Shown here in pieces: positions 47,570-60,900 of a DNA stretch of 64,000 nucleotides. Each line of letters begins with the position of its first letter. Position 1 is the first letter of the stretch. The DNA is taken from contig CM060732.1 of assembly GCA_030704615.1 (NCBI GenBank), forward strand, positions 3,720,001-3,784,000, read 5' to 3'. The notes beneath the pieces were generated by a model. The model was not told the origin of the DNA. It was given only the letters and a program-made list of their open reading frames with translations, and made no database searches. The translations under genes were made by a program, and so were the position numbers. The DNA comes from Takakia lepidozioides. Its lineage: Eukaryota; Plantae; Bryophyta.

Positions 47570-48730
47570 GTTTGCATTTGCAGTGTGTGTGCAAGCCTGG
47601 CAGCCCTGGAAAGTGGACAGAGGTCCATGGTGACATCGTCAAATCTGGAATTGTACCAGATGTCATTCTGAACACTGCCCAACGCAGGGTATGCACAGGA
47701 CGGACGCGGGATGGAGGCTTTGGACACCTATGAGCAAATGATGTGCGAAGGGGTGAAGCTCGAAGGGGTGAAGCTCGAAGGGGTGAAGCTCGAAGGGGTG
47801 AAGCTCGACTACATCACGTTTGTGTGTGTTTGCAGTGTGTGTGCAAGCCTGGCAGCTCTGGAAAAGGGCAAAGAGGTCCATGCTTGCAAACAACCATCCC
47901 TCACACATGTTGTCCTTGCCTCAAGGTCCTGAAATTACGAATTACTTAGGAACCATGTCAAAGCTGGAATTGTACCAAATGTCATTCTGGACACTGCCCT
48001 GGTGGACATGTATGCGAAATGTGGGTGCATGAAGGATGCAAAGGGAGTATTTGACAATTTGGCTGAATGAAATGTGGTGTCGTGGAATGTGATGATCGCA
48101 GGATATACCCAGCATGGTTTGATTCCGTGAGTCAAAATCATGGCCTCGCTCCTACAATGGAGCATTTTGGCTGCATTGTGGACCTTTTTGGCCGCGCAGG
48201 TTGAGTGGAGGTGGGGCAGAGGACTTCATGAACAAAATGCCAATCGAACCAGCTGCTTCAGTGTGGCAGACCTTGCTTGGTGCTTGCAGAATTCATGGCA
48301 ATGTGGAGGTGGCAGAAAGTGCAGCAAAATGCCTTTCTAAATGGGATCCACAGGATGCTGCTATTTATGTGTTACTATCAAGGCTGGCAGGCGGGACGAT
48401 ACTGCGAAGGTGTGAAAAATGATGAGGGACAGAGGTCTTAGAAAGGAGCCAGGTCTCACTGCTGTATTGAGGTGGACAACCAGGTGTATACATTTGTTGT
48501 AGAATCGTGTGATAAGTTGAGTTGGGTGTTTCCTAGAACAAATCATGCATAGGTCCTTGCCTTGCTGCTAGCAGCTGACAATGAAAGAAGCTCTGAAAAA
48601 GGGGAAGGAGGTCCATGGTGACATCGTCAAAGCTGGAATTGTACGAGATGTCACTGCCCTGGTTGACATGTTTGCCAAATGTGGGTGCATGAAGGATGCG
48701 AAGGGAGTTTTCAACACTCTGGCTGAAAGA
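47570..48730 (+). pseudogene. PLS-class PPR pseudogene fragment including E-domain pieces
   Basis: [68 protein letters not shown]; stops and frameshifts. Confidence 0.85.
47747..47808. repeat. 15-bp minisatellite (GAAGGGGTGAAGCTC)x4
   Basis: Direct tandem copies encoding EGVKL x4. Confidence 0.9.
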
Positions 48731-49974
48731 GCAAAGAGGTGCATGGAACCCTTTGTCTTTTACTGAGTTGCTGTGAGCAGGATATGAAGATATGGATAGC
48801 CTCCATGCGCCAGCTGATGTCTATAAGCACTTGAAGGAGGAAGAGCAAAGCAAAGGTCTCCATTTACCAGAACAACTGATTAAGTAGTGCAATGAAGCTA
48901 GGATATTTTCCTTGTCTCTCTCTTTTTTCTTGTTTGTGTCCCTGGGCTTTGGGTCTCCCCTACATGGACTTCCTTTTTTCTTTTCATGAGCCAACTCCAC
49001 CAGCATGTCCTCCTCCTCCTTCCGCCCCCGGCTAAATTTCTAACAAGAGCTTTGGGCAAGTGCAGGCTTGGTTCTTATACTCGTATGGATGGAACAGGAG
49101 ATGACATAAGTAAAACTCCCTGTGTCTTCTTTTTCACATGGAGTTTATGGTCCACATAGGCCAGTTGATTATTCTGTGCACAGCTTCTTTGATCACGGGT
49201 CCGCATGACTGGAGCATCCTCTTAGGGAATTTAGTAATCCACATCGTGCTCCTTTTTCACCGATACGTTTTTCCTCTCCTTTTTCATCTGTGGTGGGGGG
49301 TCCTAAAATATGCCCTATTTCCTATGAGGGTTGCAGACTTTTGAACTGTTCTTGAAAGGAGTTGATGATGGTCTGATTTGCAGTCAAAGATCAGACAATG
49401 TCAATGACATTTTAGGCCATAGGTCTGCCAGAGGCTGATTGTCATGCATTGATGCATCTTGCATGCATGCATCTGTTCCAGCAGGAAAATATCTCATGGA
49501 GCAAGCAAGGCACCGGCTGCTTTCCTGGCTAGATAAAACTTGACAGTTTGTTGTTCTGAAGCAGTTTCCGAGCAAACCCAACCAGTTTTGCCCCTTGTGA
49601 CTGGAGATCGCAAGCATATCTGCTTCCGTCTCTGCATCACCGACAGCTGTGGCCTCCTCTGCCTGCTGTTTCTCCGGTATCTGACTCTCAGAGCATTGGC
49701 TGCCTTGTTTGGGCTTAGCTTTTGGGATAGAGTGAATCAGTCCTCAACCTTTCAAACAGCTGACATCTAGTTCGAATCACGAAGCAAGATTGTTTAAGAG
49801 ATGGCTTCTCTATGCTTTCAACCGTCTTCAGTCACATGAATCAGTGAGGCATTGCCTCTGGCAGACCAACACCATTTCTCGATGTGTGGAGGTAGGGGGC
49901 TCCACATTGAATCTCCTCTATTTCCAGTGTTATTTATGAGTGCTGATAGTATTATTTTGCAAATCACCCTCTAT

Positions 49975-51340
49975 GTGCAGGGGACTCTGAACTGCAGTGG
50001 GTTCCTGGTAGCTTTGCATCAGCTGATGAATATGTCCATGTTTTTGAGCCACTGTTATTTGAGGAGTGCCGTGCCCAGTTACACAATGTCTGGGAGGAGC
50101 TTCTGGAAGGAAGTAGTACCGATGCATGCAGCTGTTTCTATTAAAAAGGTGGACAGGCGTGAGCGGGGTAAGTTTATCATCTAATCTCACTACATGGCAC
50201 CTGCAGTTTCTTTTTCTTTTGCCATGGATCTGTGAAAGTGAATCTTTATGTCCTACATGTTGGAAATTCTTAGACACGAGACATTCCATCACAGATTCCT
50301 GCATGCTAGATTTTGCATGCATCTAACCATTTCGAATGTGCATACTGTATAGCGATTTGCTTATCTGTAGCTGCAAGTTATTTGTTCTCCTGTAAGCATA
50401 ATTGCTACCCAGGATATGACCTACTTGAAAGAAGTCGTCTGTGTTGGATGCATAGCCTCGCTCAGTTTCCCCGATTCTGGAAAGACACATGCTTAAACAG
50501 TCAGTATCGGGGTCTGCACAGGGAAAGTGCGTAGCTCCTCACCAGGGTGTCTACCTGGTTTCCTTGTGGTAACTCCTGTGCAATCCTGTCCAGTGTGGCA
50601 ATGATGGCTGAGATCTATAATACTGATTTTGGCTTCACATGTCTAAAAATGAAACAGTGAAATCTGAAAACTACTTGCCTTGAACTTTCGATGGTAAGTT
50701 TCAGATAGTTGCTAACAATTGTATCATTGCAGGGTGGTATGATGTGGTCAATGCCACTTGACTCCAAGAGACAGCTTCACTTTAAGGAAGGTGATGTTGC
50801 TGTTCTCTCAACACCCAAGCCTGGATCTGGTAAATATTCCAATTGCTACCTATGGCTGCTTGCTTGACAATTGAAGTCATCTAGTATGAGCCCTTGCCAC
50901 ATGTGTGTGCACTTACATTATTACTAAGACTTGGATGGTCTGCTGCACTGGTGGGCTTCAATTCCCATGATTTTAGTAAATTCTCATCTGCTCAATTCCA
51001 GTTAGCATCCAGCTGTCACACCTTTAGAGTCCTTAACATATACTTGTTGGTTATTCTTGCAACTTATTTTACATATGAGTGCTGCATCTGTCTGCCTTTC
51101 ACAACAGCCGTGGTGATTCTTCCTGCTTTAAGTGCATTGCAAGCCACCTCCAAGCATTTCAAAGTGAATTGCCCTAATTATTCATTTTTCCTGAAGTACA
51201 GGTAGCAGAAGGAAGGGCTGTGTTGAGAGTGGGAAGGTGGAGAGTATAGAGGAAGGGACAATAGTAGGCTGCGTCGCAGGTTTTGTACGCTGCTTTGTAC
51301 CTGTGGATGTGCGTGATTTTCCAGGAGCCGTTTTCCAGAT
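49975..51340 (+). pseudogene. Exon fragments of a plant Sen1/UPF1-like SF1 helicase (At4g30100-like N-terminal region)
   Basis: ELQWVPGSFASADEYVHVFEPLLFEECRAQLHNVWEEL..VDRRERG|GWYDVV..FKEGDVAVLSTPKPGS|..VAGFVRCFVPVDVRDFPGA, with GT-AG introns retained; frameshifted and incomplete. Confidence 0.7.
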
Positions 51341-51689
51341 TACCTATGATTACCTACAAGAAACCTGCATGGGTAGATGGTCAAGTGGAAGCCGCAGCAG
51401 CAGCGGCACAATTGATAAAATCAAGCGTTGCTAATGAAGGCACCTTCTTCAACACATTTCACCCTGTTTTTCCCTCTTATCAGAATCGGCCCTAAATATC
51501 CATATTGAATTCTGCAAGTTAGCTGGTTGAGTGAATCTTTGATAGTTTGGAGTGACTTTGACATGATACTCCCAACTGACAACAGGAAAGTATCCTAAAA
51601 GAACAGAGATGAGGAGAAGCTGTGGAATGAATACTTTTCTGACCCCAGTCAATGGTGGGACAACCGAGGCAAAAAGGTGAATGCCTGTC

Positions 51690-54250
51690 AGATTACCTGT
51701 CATTCTGAACACTATGGCTGAACGAGATGTGGTGTCGTGGATTGTGATGTTTGCAGGGTATGCACAGCAGGGGTGCGGGATGGAGGCTTTGGAGACCTAT
51801 GAGCAAATGATGGGGGAAGGGGTGAAACCGCCCACATAACGTTTGTGTGCGTTTGCAGTGCGTCTGGCAGCCCTGGCAAAGAGATCCATGGTGACATCAT
51901 CAATTGTACCAGATGTCATCCTGAACACTGCTCTGGTGGACATGTATGCCAAATGTGGGAGCATTGAGGATGCCAAGTGAGTGTTCAACCTATGGCTGAA
52001 TGAGATGTGGTGTCGTGGAACGCGATGCTTGCAGGGTGTGCACAGCAGGGGCGCAGGATGGGGCTTTGGAGACCTTTCAGCAAATGATGGGGGAAGGGGT
52101 GAAGCTCGACCACATCGTGTTTGTGTGCGTTTGCAGTGCGTGTGCAAGCCTGGCAGCCTGGAAAAGTGCAAAGAGGTCCATGGTTGCATCATAAAATCTG
52201 GAATTGTACCCGGTGTCATGCTGAACACTGCCCTGGTGGACATGTATGTCAAATGTGGGTGCATTAAGGATGCCAAGGGAGTGTTCGATAGTATGGCTGA
52301 ACGAGATGTGGTGTTGTGGAGTGCGATGATTGCATGATATGCACAGCAAGGGTGCGGGATGGAGGCTTTGCAGACCTATAAGCAAATGATGTGCGAAGGG
52401 GTGAAGCCCAACCACATCACATTTGTTTGTGTTTGCAGTGTGTGTGCAAGCCTGGCAGCTCTGGAAAAGGGGAAAGAGGTCCATGGTGACATCGTCAAAG
52501 CTGGAATTGTACCAGATGTCATCCTGAACAGTGCCCTGGTGGACATGTATGCCAAATGTGGGTGCATTAAGGATGCGAAGGGAGTTTTCAAGACTATGGC
52601 TGAACGAGATGTGGTGTCATGGAACTCAATGCTTGCAGGGTATGCACAGCAGGGGCACGGGATGGAGGCCTTGGAATGATGTGCGAAGGGGTGAAGCCCG
52701 ACCACATCACGTTTGTGTGCGTTTGCACTGCGTGTGCAAGCCTGGCAGCCCTGGAAAAGGGCAAAGAGGTGCATGGTTGCATCGCCAAAGCTGGAATTGT
52801 ACCAGATGTGATTCTGAACAATACCCTCGTAGACATGTATGCCAAATGTGGGAGCATTGAGGATGTGGAGGGAGTGTTCAACAATATGGCTGAATGAGAT
52901 TTGGTGTCATGGAACGCCATGCTTGCAGGATATGCACAGCAGGAGCGCGGGATGGAGGCCTGGGGGAAGGGGTGAAGCCCGACCACATCATGTTTGTGTG
53001 CGTTTGCAAGCCTGGCAGAGCATGGCGTTCCATGGAGGCATGGATGCATGGCGTTCCGTGGCGTTCCAGCAAAGAGGTGCGCCATGGTGACATCATCAAA
53101 GCTGGAACTGTACCAAATGTCATTCTGGACGCTGCCCTGGTGGACATGTATGTGAAATGTGGGTGCAGTGAGGATTCAAAGTGAGTATTTGACAATATGG
53201 CTGACTGAAATGTGGTGTCGTGGAATGTGATGATCGCAGGATATGCCCAGCATGGTTGTCATAGGGAGGTCCTGCAACTATTTGAAGGAATGCAAAAGAA
53301 AGGCTTGAAGCCGGACAGTATCACCTTTATATGTGTTCTCTCTGCATGCAGCCACACTGGCCTACTGAAATCCAGATGTTGTGGTGTGGAAGGTCTTGCT
53401 TGGTGCCTGCAGAATCCACGGCAATGTGGAGATGGCTGAACGTGTGGCAACATCTATCCTCTAGTGGGATGAACAGGATGGCGCGACTTATGTGTTGCTA
53501 TCAAACATCTATGCCGCAGCTGGCAGGTGGGATGATACTGCAAAGGTGAGAAGAATGATCAAGGTCAGAGGGGTTAGAAAGGAGCCAGGAGCCAGGTCGC
53601 TGCTGCATTGAGGTTGGCAACAGGGTGCACACCTTCATTGTAGATGACAAGTTGCATCCCAGAATTAAGGAAATCCATGCTGAGCTGAGAAGATTGTCTG
53701 GGCAGATGAAGGATGCGGGGTATGTGCCTGACACGCGCTTTGTATTGCGAAATGGGGGAGGAGGAAAAGGAGTTTTCTCTTTGCCACCACAGTGAGAAGC
53801 TGGCCAATGCTTTTGGGCTGATCAGCACGACCCCTAGGACGCCTCTCCGTCTCATCAAGAATCTTCGAGTGTGTGGTGACTGCCACACCTCCACCAAATT
53901 CATCTCAAAGATTGTTGGCCGAGCAATTTTTGTATGGGACGCTAACCGCTTTCACCACTTTGAAGATGGGATTTGTGATGATTGCAGGATATGCTCAGCA
54001 TGGGTTTGGTAAGGAAGCTTTTGAGATCTATGAGCAAATGCTACAGGCAGGGGTGACCCCTGATTTGGTCACCTTCATTTGCATTCTCAATGCATGTGCC
54101 CTGGAAAAGGGCAAAAGGGTTCATGCTGACATTATCAAAACTGGAACTGGGTCATATATTAATTTGGAGAATACCTTAGTGAACATGTATGCTAAATGCG
54201 GGAGCCTGAAGGATGCGTGCCAAGTGCTGAGGAGACTAAGAGAGGCCTAA
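51690..54250 (+). pseudogene. PLS-E-DYW PPR (organellar RNA-editing factor) pseudogene
   Basis: Tandem ~300-bp PLS triplets, E/E+ region, then [67 protein letters not shown]; many stops and indels. Confidence 0.9.
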
Positions 54251-54782
54251 GGAGGGCTTGGGTTTCTCGATTTTTCTGGATGTTTTTTTTTCTTTCCTTA
54301 TTTCGGGAGGGCGATCAGTGCAGCTACATGGGGTAGTTATTTGATGTGATGTCTGATGCTTGGGGAGGGAGGGGGGAAGGGAGGGACGGAGGGAGGGGAG
54401 GGGAAGGGGTGTCTGCATACCGGGCAGAAAAGGGGGTTCAAATCCCCCTCACTTCTTGGGCATAGATAGGGGTATACCTATGTTATACTTTTGCATTGTT
54501 CCTCATGTTTTCTGCATAGTAAATATTTTCAATTATCAAAAGAATCACTGTATGCGAGGGGATGACCCGCCCCTTTTTGTGCCAATTGAACATAGTTCTC
54601 AGAATTCGTCGCTAGTAGTGTGGAGCAACGCGAAGCCCTAGTGCACATAAAAGATTAGTTATTTCCGAGGTATTAAATGCAATGGGTAGTGTGGTGGTTA
54701 AGAGCAAATGAACATGAGGTTTAATGTTCAATTCTTGTCAGGGTAATGTGTGTTATTAATTATATATTTTGTAGCTTCTCAC

Positions 54783-55304
54783 AATAATAGGGTCATGAAT
54801 GCCCGCACATGTGGCTGCGGCGGGCCCGTGTAGGGGGTCCCCTACCAGACCCGCTAGTCTGCCCGGCAAGCTGGTCTGCTGGGCCCCACAATATGCACAT
54901 AAAGCATTAATTATTGCAATGATTCATAGAAAATAGTGGGTAGTGTGGTGGTTAAGAGCAATAAATGATACACAGGAGGTATGGTGTTCAAATTTCGTTA
55001 TGTTGTACTGTGGCAGTAACGTGTGTTATTAAATATATATTTTGTCGGAAGGGTCTGCCGGTCTGCTTGGAGGGTCTGCCCAGCTCGAGAGGTGCCAGTC
55101 CGCTCGTCGGTCTGAAGGGTCTGCTAGAAGGTTGGAGTCGATCTGTTGGAGGGTTTGCCCAGTCCGCTAGAAGGTCCGCCACGGTAGATTAACAAGGACT
55201 TGGAAAAATTTCAGAATCTCGTCGACTCGGTGAATGGGCGGTAGGCTTATGAGCTCAAGGGTCGTACTGGTGAGGCCCGCCCGTGCATTCATGACCCTAT
55301 TATT
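54783..55304. mobile_element. MITE-like element with 20-bp perfect TIR
   Basis: AATAATAGGGTCATGAATGC (54783-54802) and GCATTCATGACCCTATTATT (55285-55304). The TSD is ambiguous. Confidence 0.65.
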
Positions 55305-56847
55305 AAACAATGAGAGGCTATTTTGTATACTAGTTCTTTCTGAAATTTTCCTAAATCCTTGTTCTTCTACTGCAGCGGTTTATGGAGAGAGCTGTATCGA
55401 TTACAAAGAAAAGCTCACTTGACTAGGAAAAAGTAGATGGCCTGTGCCCACATGAGATTCTGCCAGAAGGGTGCATTAAAATGTTTGAAATAGCTGGCAC
55501 CAAAATGCCAACAGACTGGGTAGACCCTGGACAACAGACTCTTAGGTGGACTCACATTCCACTCTGCACGTAGAGTGGACCCTCCAGTGGACTCAGGGCG
55601 GGGGAGCTTCCGGACTGGCAAACCCTCCATTGGACTCTGTAGAGTGGACTACACTCCAAAGTGGACCCTCTCTAGCGGACTCTGGAGAGTGGGTGGACCC
55701 TCCAATAGACTCGAGCCAGAACATAGTAGACTTTCTAATGGACCCTCCAGCGGACTCGGTGGATGGGCACGGGGCTTATGAGCTGACCCCATGGGCCATA
55801 CTGGCGGGGCCCATAGGCGCATTGAAGACGCTACTATCTTAAAATGAGAGCCGTTATATGTTGGCCTTCCTTTATAAAAGGAAAAGTCTTGAGGGTCTCT
55901 CAAAAATGAAAAATAAAGAAAATCAGATTACTTTACCATCGTTTTATTTTATTTTGCTGGGAGTAGTGCCTTTTTATTTGGGACTATAAGTAGAAACCAT
56001 CATCATATACTTGGAATCATTTTATTTTTTAGATTTTTGTTGACTAATTAAATTAAATCTGGATTTTAAAGGAATAAAATGTATTCCTAAACTACTATGT
56101 AGATCCCCCAAGGAAGGGGGGAGAAGAAAACATCACTTTATATACCTGCGATCACCTATGACCAAGCGGTCCCATAAAGCAGATTTAGAGTATGGGAAGG
56201 TTGGGTCCTGGGCTCTCCTAGCCCAAAGAGTTTATGGCTTACTTTTTCTCTTTTTCTTAAAGGGGATCTAGAAGGATAGAAGCCCGTTTCACCCTAACTA
56301 CAGTAAATAGTGTACACCAAAAACAGTAGATTAGAGTGTACAATAACACTTATACATGCATGTAGGGCAAAAGAAAAGGATGAGGCCTCCCAGAGGAAGG
56401 GTACGCCGTAAATTATGGTGTCTCTTCCCGGAAATAAGTACCATCCCATTTTTCAGCCATTTTTCAACACACCCAGCTCGAAAGTGTGTCCATAGGTCCA
56501 GATGCACAAGTGATGTAATGGGTGCTTCTACCCCTAGTTGCTCTGGTATTGAATCCTGTCTGCAAGGGAGGGTAAAAGCCCTGGGCAAGTTGCCAGTGAG
56601 AGCTATGAGCTATTATTCCACCTGTAAGAACTGCAACTGAGATATGGCCTGGAATATAATCTGGCATGTGCAGTTCTGCCAGATTCTCTTCTGAAGATAA
56701 TAATCCATGTGGGGAGATGGGAATGCTCAACTAAGAGCCTCACCTTGTTATCTGTATGTGTGTTAAAATCTGTGATAGAGTTTTAATCTTTTCAAAAATA
56801 GAGATTCAATGGTTAGATTTTCATGAAAAACAGGTATCTACAAACAG

Positions 56848-57080
56848 GCAGTAGCTCAGTTGGTTAGTGCACTGAGTGCCACCCAGATAATTCTGGGGGT
56901 CAAATCCTGCTACTCGAGGGGTGTGGTATACTCTTCTCCCCCTTCCCTGGGCGGTGTCCCATTCCTCAGCCTCCATGGCACGGTTACTGTGAAAGAGGTT
57001 ATTTTCTCCTCTCACTAAGGGGCCTGATTTGTGAGCTGTCGCTCCCAGGTGTTTCCCTTTAAAAAAATAAAAAATAAAAT
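56848..57080 (+). mobile_element. tRNA-derived SINE-like element
   Basis: A-box TAGCTCAGTTGG, B-box-like GGTCAAATCC and an A-rich tail. The 3' body (GGTTACT..GAAAGAGGTTATTTTCTCCTCTCACTA..AAGGGGCCTGATTT) is shared with 62370-62570. Confidence 0.6.
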
Positions 57081-57195
57081 CTTTCGTATAAATGCTAACA
57101 GTAAACACTATTAAATCGCTATCAACTTTCTTACAATCTTTAAGATTTATATAGAGCTTCTTAGAGTTTTCCCCTCTTAGATTCATGGTATTAAC

Positions 57196-57569
57196 CAGTG
57201 TTTGACGGTTTTCATGCTGGTTATTTCAAAACTATGTAAATGGCGGTTATGAGCCTTTGCCTGTTCTTTGTTTTTCTGAGAACTACGGTCGTTAGTGTCC
57301 GGGAAATAATTTGAGTTGAACCAGCCAGTGGCCCCTCATTCTGAGAACCAACCGGCTAAGTGGGTTGGGGAGTTGGTTGCTTAACTACAATACAATAGTC
57401 AATTTCCTATGTAAACTTTCTCGGTAAATTTCCTAGGTTTCAATTATTACACGGAATTTCCTCGAAAACCACTCTGCTAGCATGTAACTGGCTGCCGGTT
57501 CTCCCTGTTGGTGGATCCACATAACCTTCCCAGGGGTTTCTAGCTGTTACAAAGAACCTCCCAACACTG
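57196..57569. mobile_element. hAT-type MITE
   Basis: 8-bp TSD GTATTAAC (57188-57195, 57570-57577); imperfect 15-bp TIR CAGTGTTTGACGGTT / AACCTCCCAACACTG. Confidence 0.85.
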
Positions 57570-57799
57570 GTATTAACCCTCTGTGTTAGTCAACATGTTT
57601 TTTTTAAAACTTCCAACGGCTAACAATTAAAGCTCAAGTGACACATCACTGAGACTGATCGTTTATGATGACAAATTCATCTACCTACAAACGGGCCATG
57701 AAAACCATGAGCTAGGAATCCATCTGTAACGCTGGACCAACCCATCTCTATGATAGAGATTCAATGGTCTTCATAGCATTCAACCCTACCTAATCCAGC

Positions 57800-57985
57800 C
57801 CTTGCTGAGAGCTCCGAACTAATCCATGTGCAGGTCACACTGACGTACAGACCGTCAGAATATATGGGCGAACTAATCCATCTCGCTCACAGACTTTACA
57901 GGCCTCAGCATTGAGGGCTCTGAACTAATTCATGTCCAGGTCACAGACTATAGGCCGTCAGAATTGAGGGCTCTGAACTAGTCAC
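57800..57985. repeat. Degenerate ~50-60-bp minisatellite
   Basis: Recurrent GAGGGCTCTGAACTAATCCAT..TCACAGACT..CAGAAT units. Confidence 0.55.
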
Positions 57986-60900
57986 AACTTTTACTTCCTC
58001 CAACTTGGAACAGGAATAGCAGGTGAGAAGCAGGTGAGGGAGCACCGTCTGACACCATCCAAAAGTTGATTCGTAAGCAGGTATAAGGCAGTTGGATTGC
58101 GGAGGCTCCGTAGTGGTGCAGAACTGGGTGCTACGGCAGCGTGTGGCCACAAAAGCGCCATCACGCCCTGCCTCAGCCCAACCGTCCACGCAGCCTGCAG
58201 CCCTAACGGCTGCTGCCGGCGCTGACGCACTTCACCTTCGCACGCGAGGCAATGTTTTTGGTCTTCGACTTGAATTCTCTGACACGGGCATTAGAGTCGT
58301 CGGTGACCCATGGTCCTCCGACCCCTCGCGGTTCCTGCAAGATTCAAAGTGTCCCTGTAGGCTCTGATAATCTGTTGGCATTCATCTGGGATGAAGTGCA
58401 TGAGCTCGTGGAGGAATGATCCGCCATCCAGCAGCACCTTCTAGCTTGCTCCGATTGGGAAAGATCATAGTTCTGAGATCACGGAGACTAAGGGGGGGGA
58501 TCACGAGGTTTTGTACCCTGCTGTGGTGGAAGGTACATCAATGGTCCCAATGAAAGACTTTTGGAAAGGTAACAGAAGATGGAGTCCTCACCTCTTAGAA
58601 AAGAGCCTGTGCACTGATTTGTTCCTCTGTCCATTCCTGCATATCCATTCCCCCGACAAGCAGGATGCAGCAGGCGTCATGTATAATCGAAGCACACGAC
58701 AATGTTGAGGGACCGACAAATGTCTGGCCTACCATGGGTTGTGCAGTGCGGCGGTCTTCTCGGTTTCATGTTATTCTTGTTCTTGATTGTGTGTACGAAG
58801 CTCCTGCTCCTGCTCCTCCCCTCCTCTGCAGCCACATTTCCAGCTCTGGCCCACACTCGAATCAGTAGCAAATCTAGTTTAGGGTTTACCCGAGAATTGC
58901 ATTGCCCTGTCATTGACGCCACATGCAGCCAGGGCCTGAGCTGGTCGCCCCAGCGCCGACCAACTCATGTGAAGCCTGCCCCACTGTTGGCATTATTTCT
59001 CAGGGTGGGGCGTGAGAAACCGAGTTTTCTCAAGGGTTTTCTTAACAAGTGTTATAAATATTTTATCATCTTTGAGCCATCATATTCTGTAGGGACTTGG
59101 GACGTCATATGATATATTCAAGATTATCTGCCTGTAAGTAGCAACCCAGGAGATGACAAGTGGTCCTCGGGATGGAATATCGGATTCATTGCAAAAGAGC
59201 AGTGGGTTGTTCATCCATCTTGGGTAAACCTTGGATATGGACCTGTGTAAAAACTGTTTGGTAGGACACCTGAAATTTGGGATGAGCGAGTTGAAGAAAT
59301 TGAAGTTGAAGGCTCAATTCTATGAATTTCTCTAACCATTGACACAAACTGAACAAATGAGATATGGAGATGTCACATGGTTGTTTGTTGGCCCTGCCCT
59401 CAGGCAGAGACTACGCAATTGGTTTCTCTCACTTGTCACAGGACCAACTTTTCGAGGGACCAATGTTTTTATTGGATGGTTATCATCCATTGTCACATCC
59501 ATTTTGGAACGCATGCAATGACAGAAAAAGAAGGAACTCCTAGCAAATGGCATGAAGTGATTTTTCTTAGGGTACCTAGTTTAGTCCCAGACCAAATGAG
59601 GACCGTTGATGATTTGGAAGTGAATAAGGGCCCTACGAGAGATAAGCTTAGAATCGAGTGCAGGTCCATTTCAGTTTGGGTTGTGGGCAGCTTTGCTGAG
59701 AACGATTGTGTGTGCACCTTGCTTTTTCGATTTGGGCCAGCGTCAAAACTACTCAGAGTACCTTATGGGTACCGAGGACGTGGTGGAGGTGGATGAGAAG
59801 CGATCAGCGCTCAAGGCTCGGCCACTGGTGGTCAGGTTCCCCAGGCAATTGCCACCGGTGACGCCGCTCAAGCTACTGTAGGACGAGGGCGAGGAAGCAT
59901 CAAAGTCTCGGAATTTGTTGCAGGTTTGCCTCCTAAAATTTACACAGAACTTTTGTAATTGTAGGCAATGAGTGGAATGGGGTTTTTGCAATTTTTAGTC
60001 CGAGATTTTCAAGTTACAATGTATCAATGAGTACTTGGTTGCACTCGTGGAGGAAGACGATGACCATGACAAAGAATCGAGGGATGCTAAGACAATTCTA
60101 TATATGGATTCAATGTAAGTTACTTCTCGCACGGGTTATACTACTAATTTGCTTCGGAATTAGAGTGATGCGGTCATGGCATTTTAGTCTTTAAGTTCTG
60201 CATGGATGAGCAGCCACAAGGGAGTTTTTTTTTTCTTTGCTTCTTTATTGGGTTTTGGGTCACACATATGAAAGACTGGAACATAAATTATAGCATACAT
60301 GCTTATCATGTAAGGGAGTTTAATCAATTATTCTATACCAGTCCTTGCTAATGATGTAGTCCTTAAACTGAAAGTTTCGTTTTAGTGTTGATCCAAAGTG
60401 CTTCTTGACTAACTTGATTCATCTAAGTTCAAGTTCATGCCATCAGCCATAAGCAATTTATCATCAGCCATAAACAATTTGCCATCAGCTATAAGCAATG
60501 GGCTATCAGCAAGGGTCACTTGGTATTTGCCTAAGTGACAAAGCAAAAGCTTCATCAGCTCATCAATGATTACATATTAAACTTTATTTATCAATTTTTG
60601 AGTTGCGATTTGTTTGATAGGATATTATTAATATTGTAATAATATAATTATACATAAACCATGGTTTCAATAATGAATCATAAACATTGTGTTAGTTTCT
60701 CAAAAAATATTTTATATGTAACATAATAAATTTACTCTTTTAGTTTTTCTATATAATTGTTTTTTAGAAAATAAAATGTGTTCATTAATATTTTGGCAAC
60801 GTCAACATTTAACGGATTTGAAGTCAAATGATGTGTACGTGGCTTCATTTATTCAATGAGCTATTATGTCCAAGTTTTTATTTGAGCTACTCAATTGGCT

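Noticed and set aside
57940-60000. F-box/LRR-like gene remnants
   Set aside because: Coding-like composition but no diagnostic motif, and many stops.
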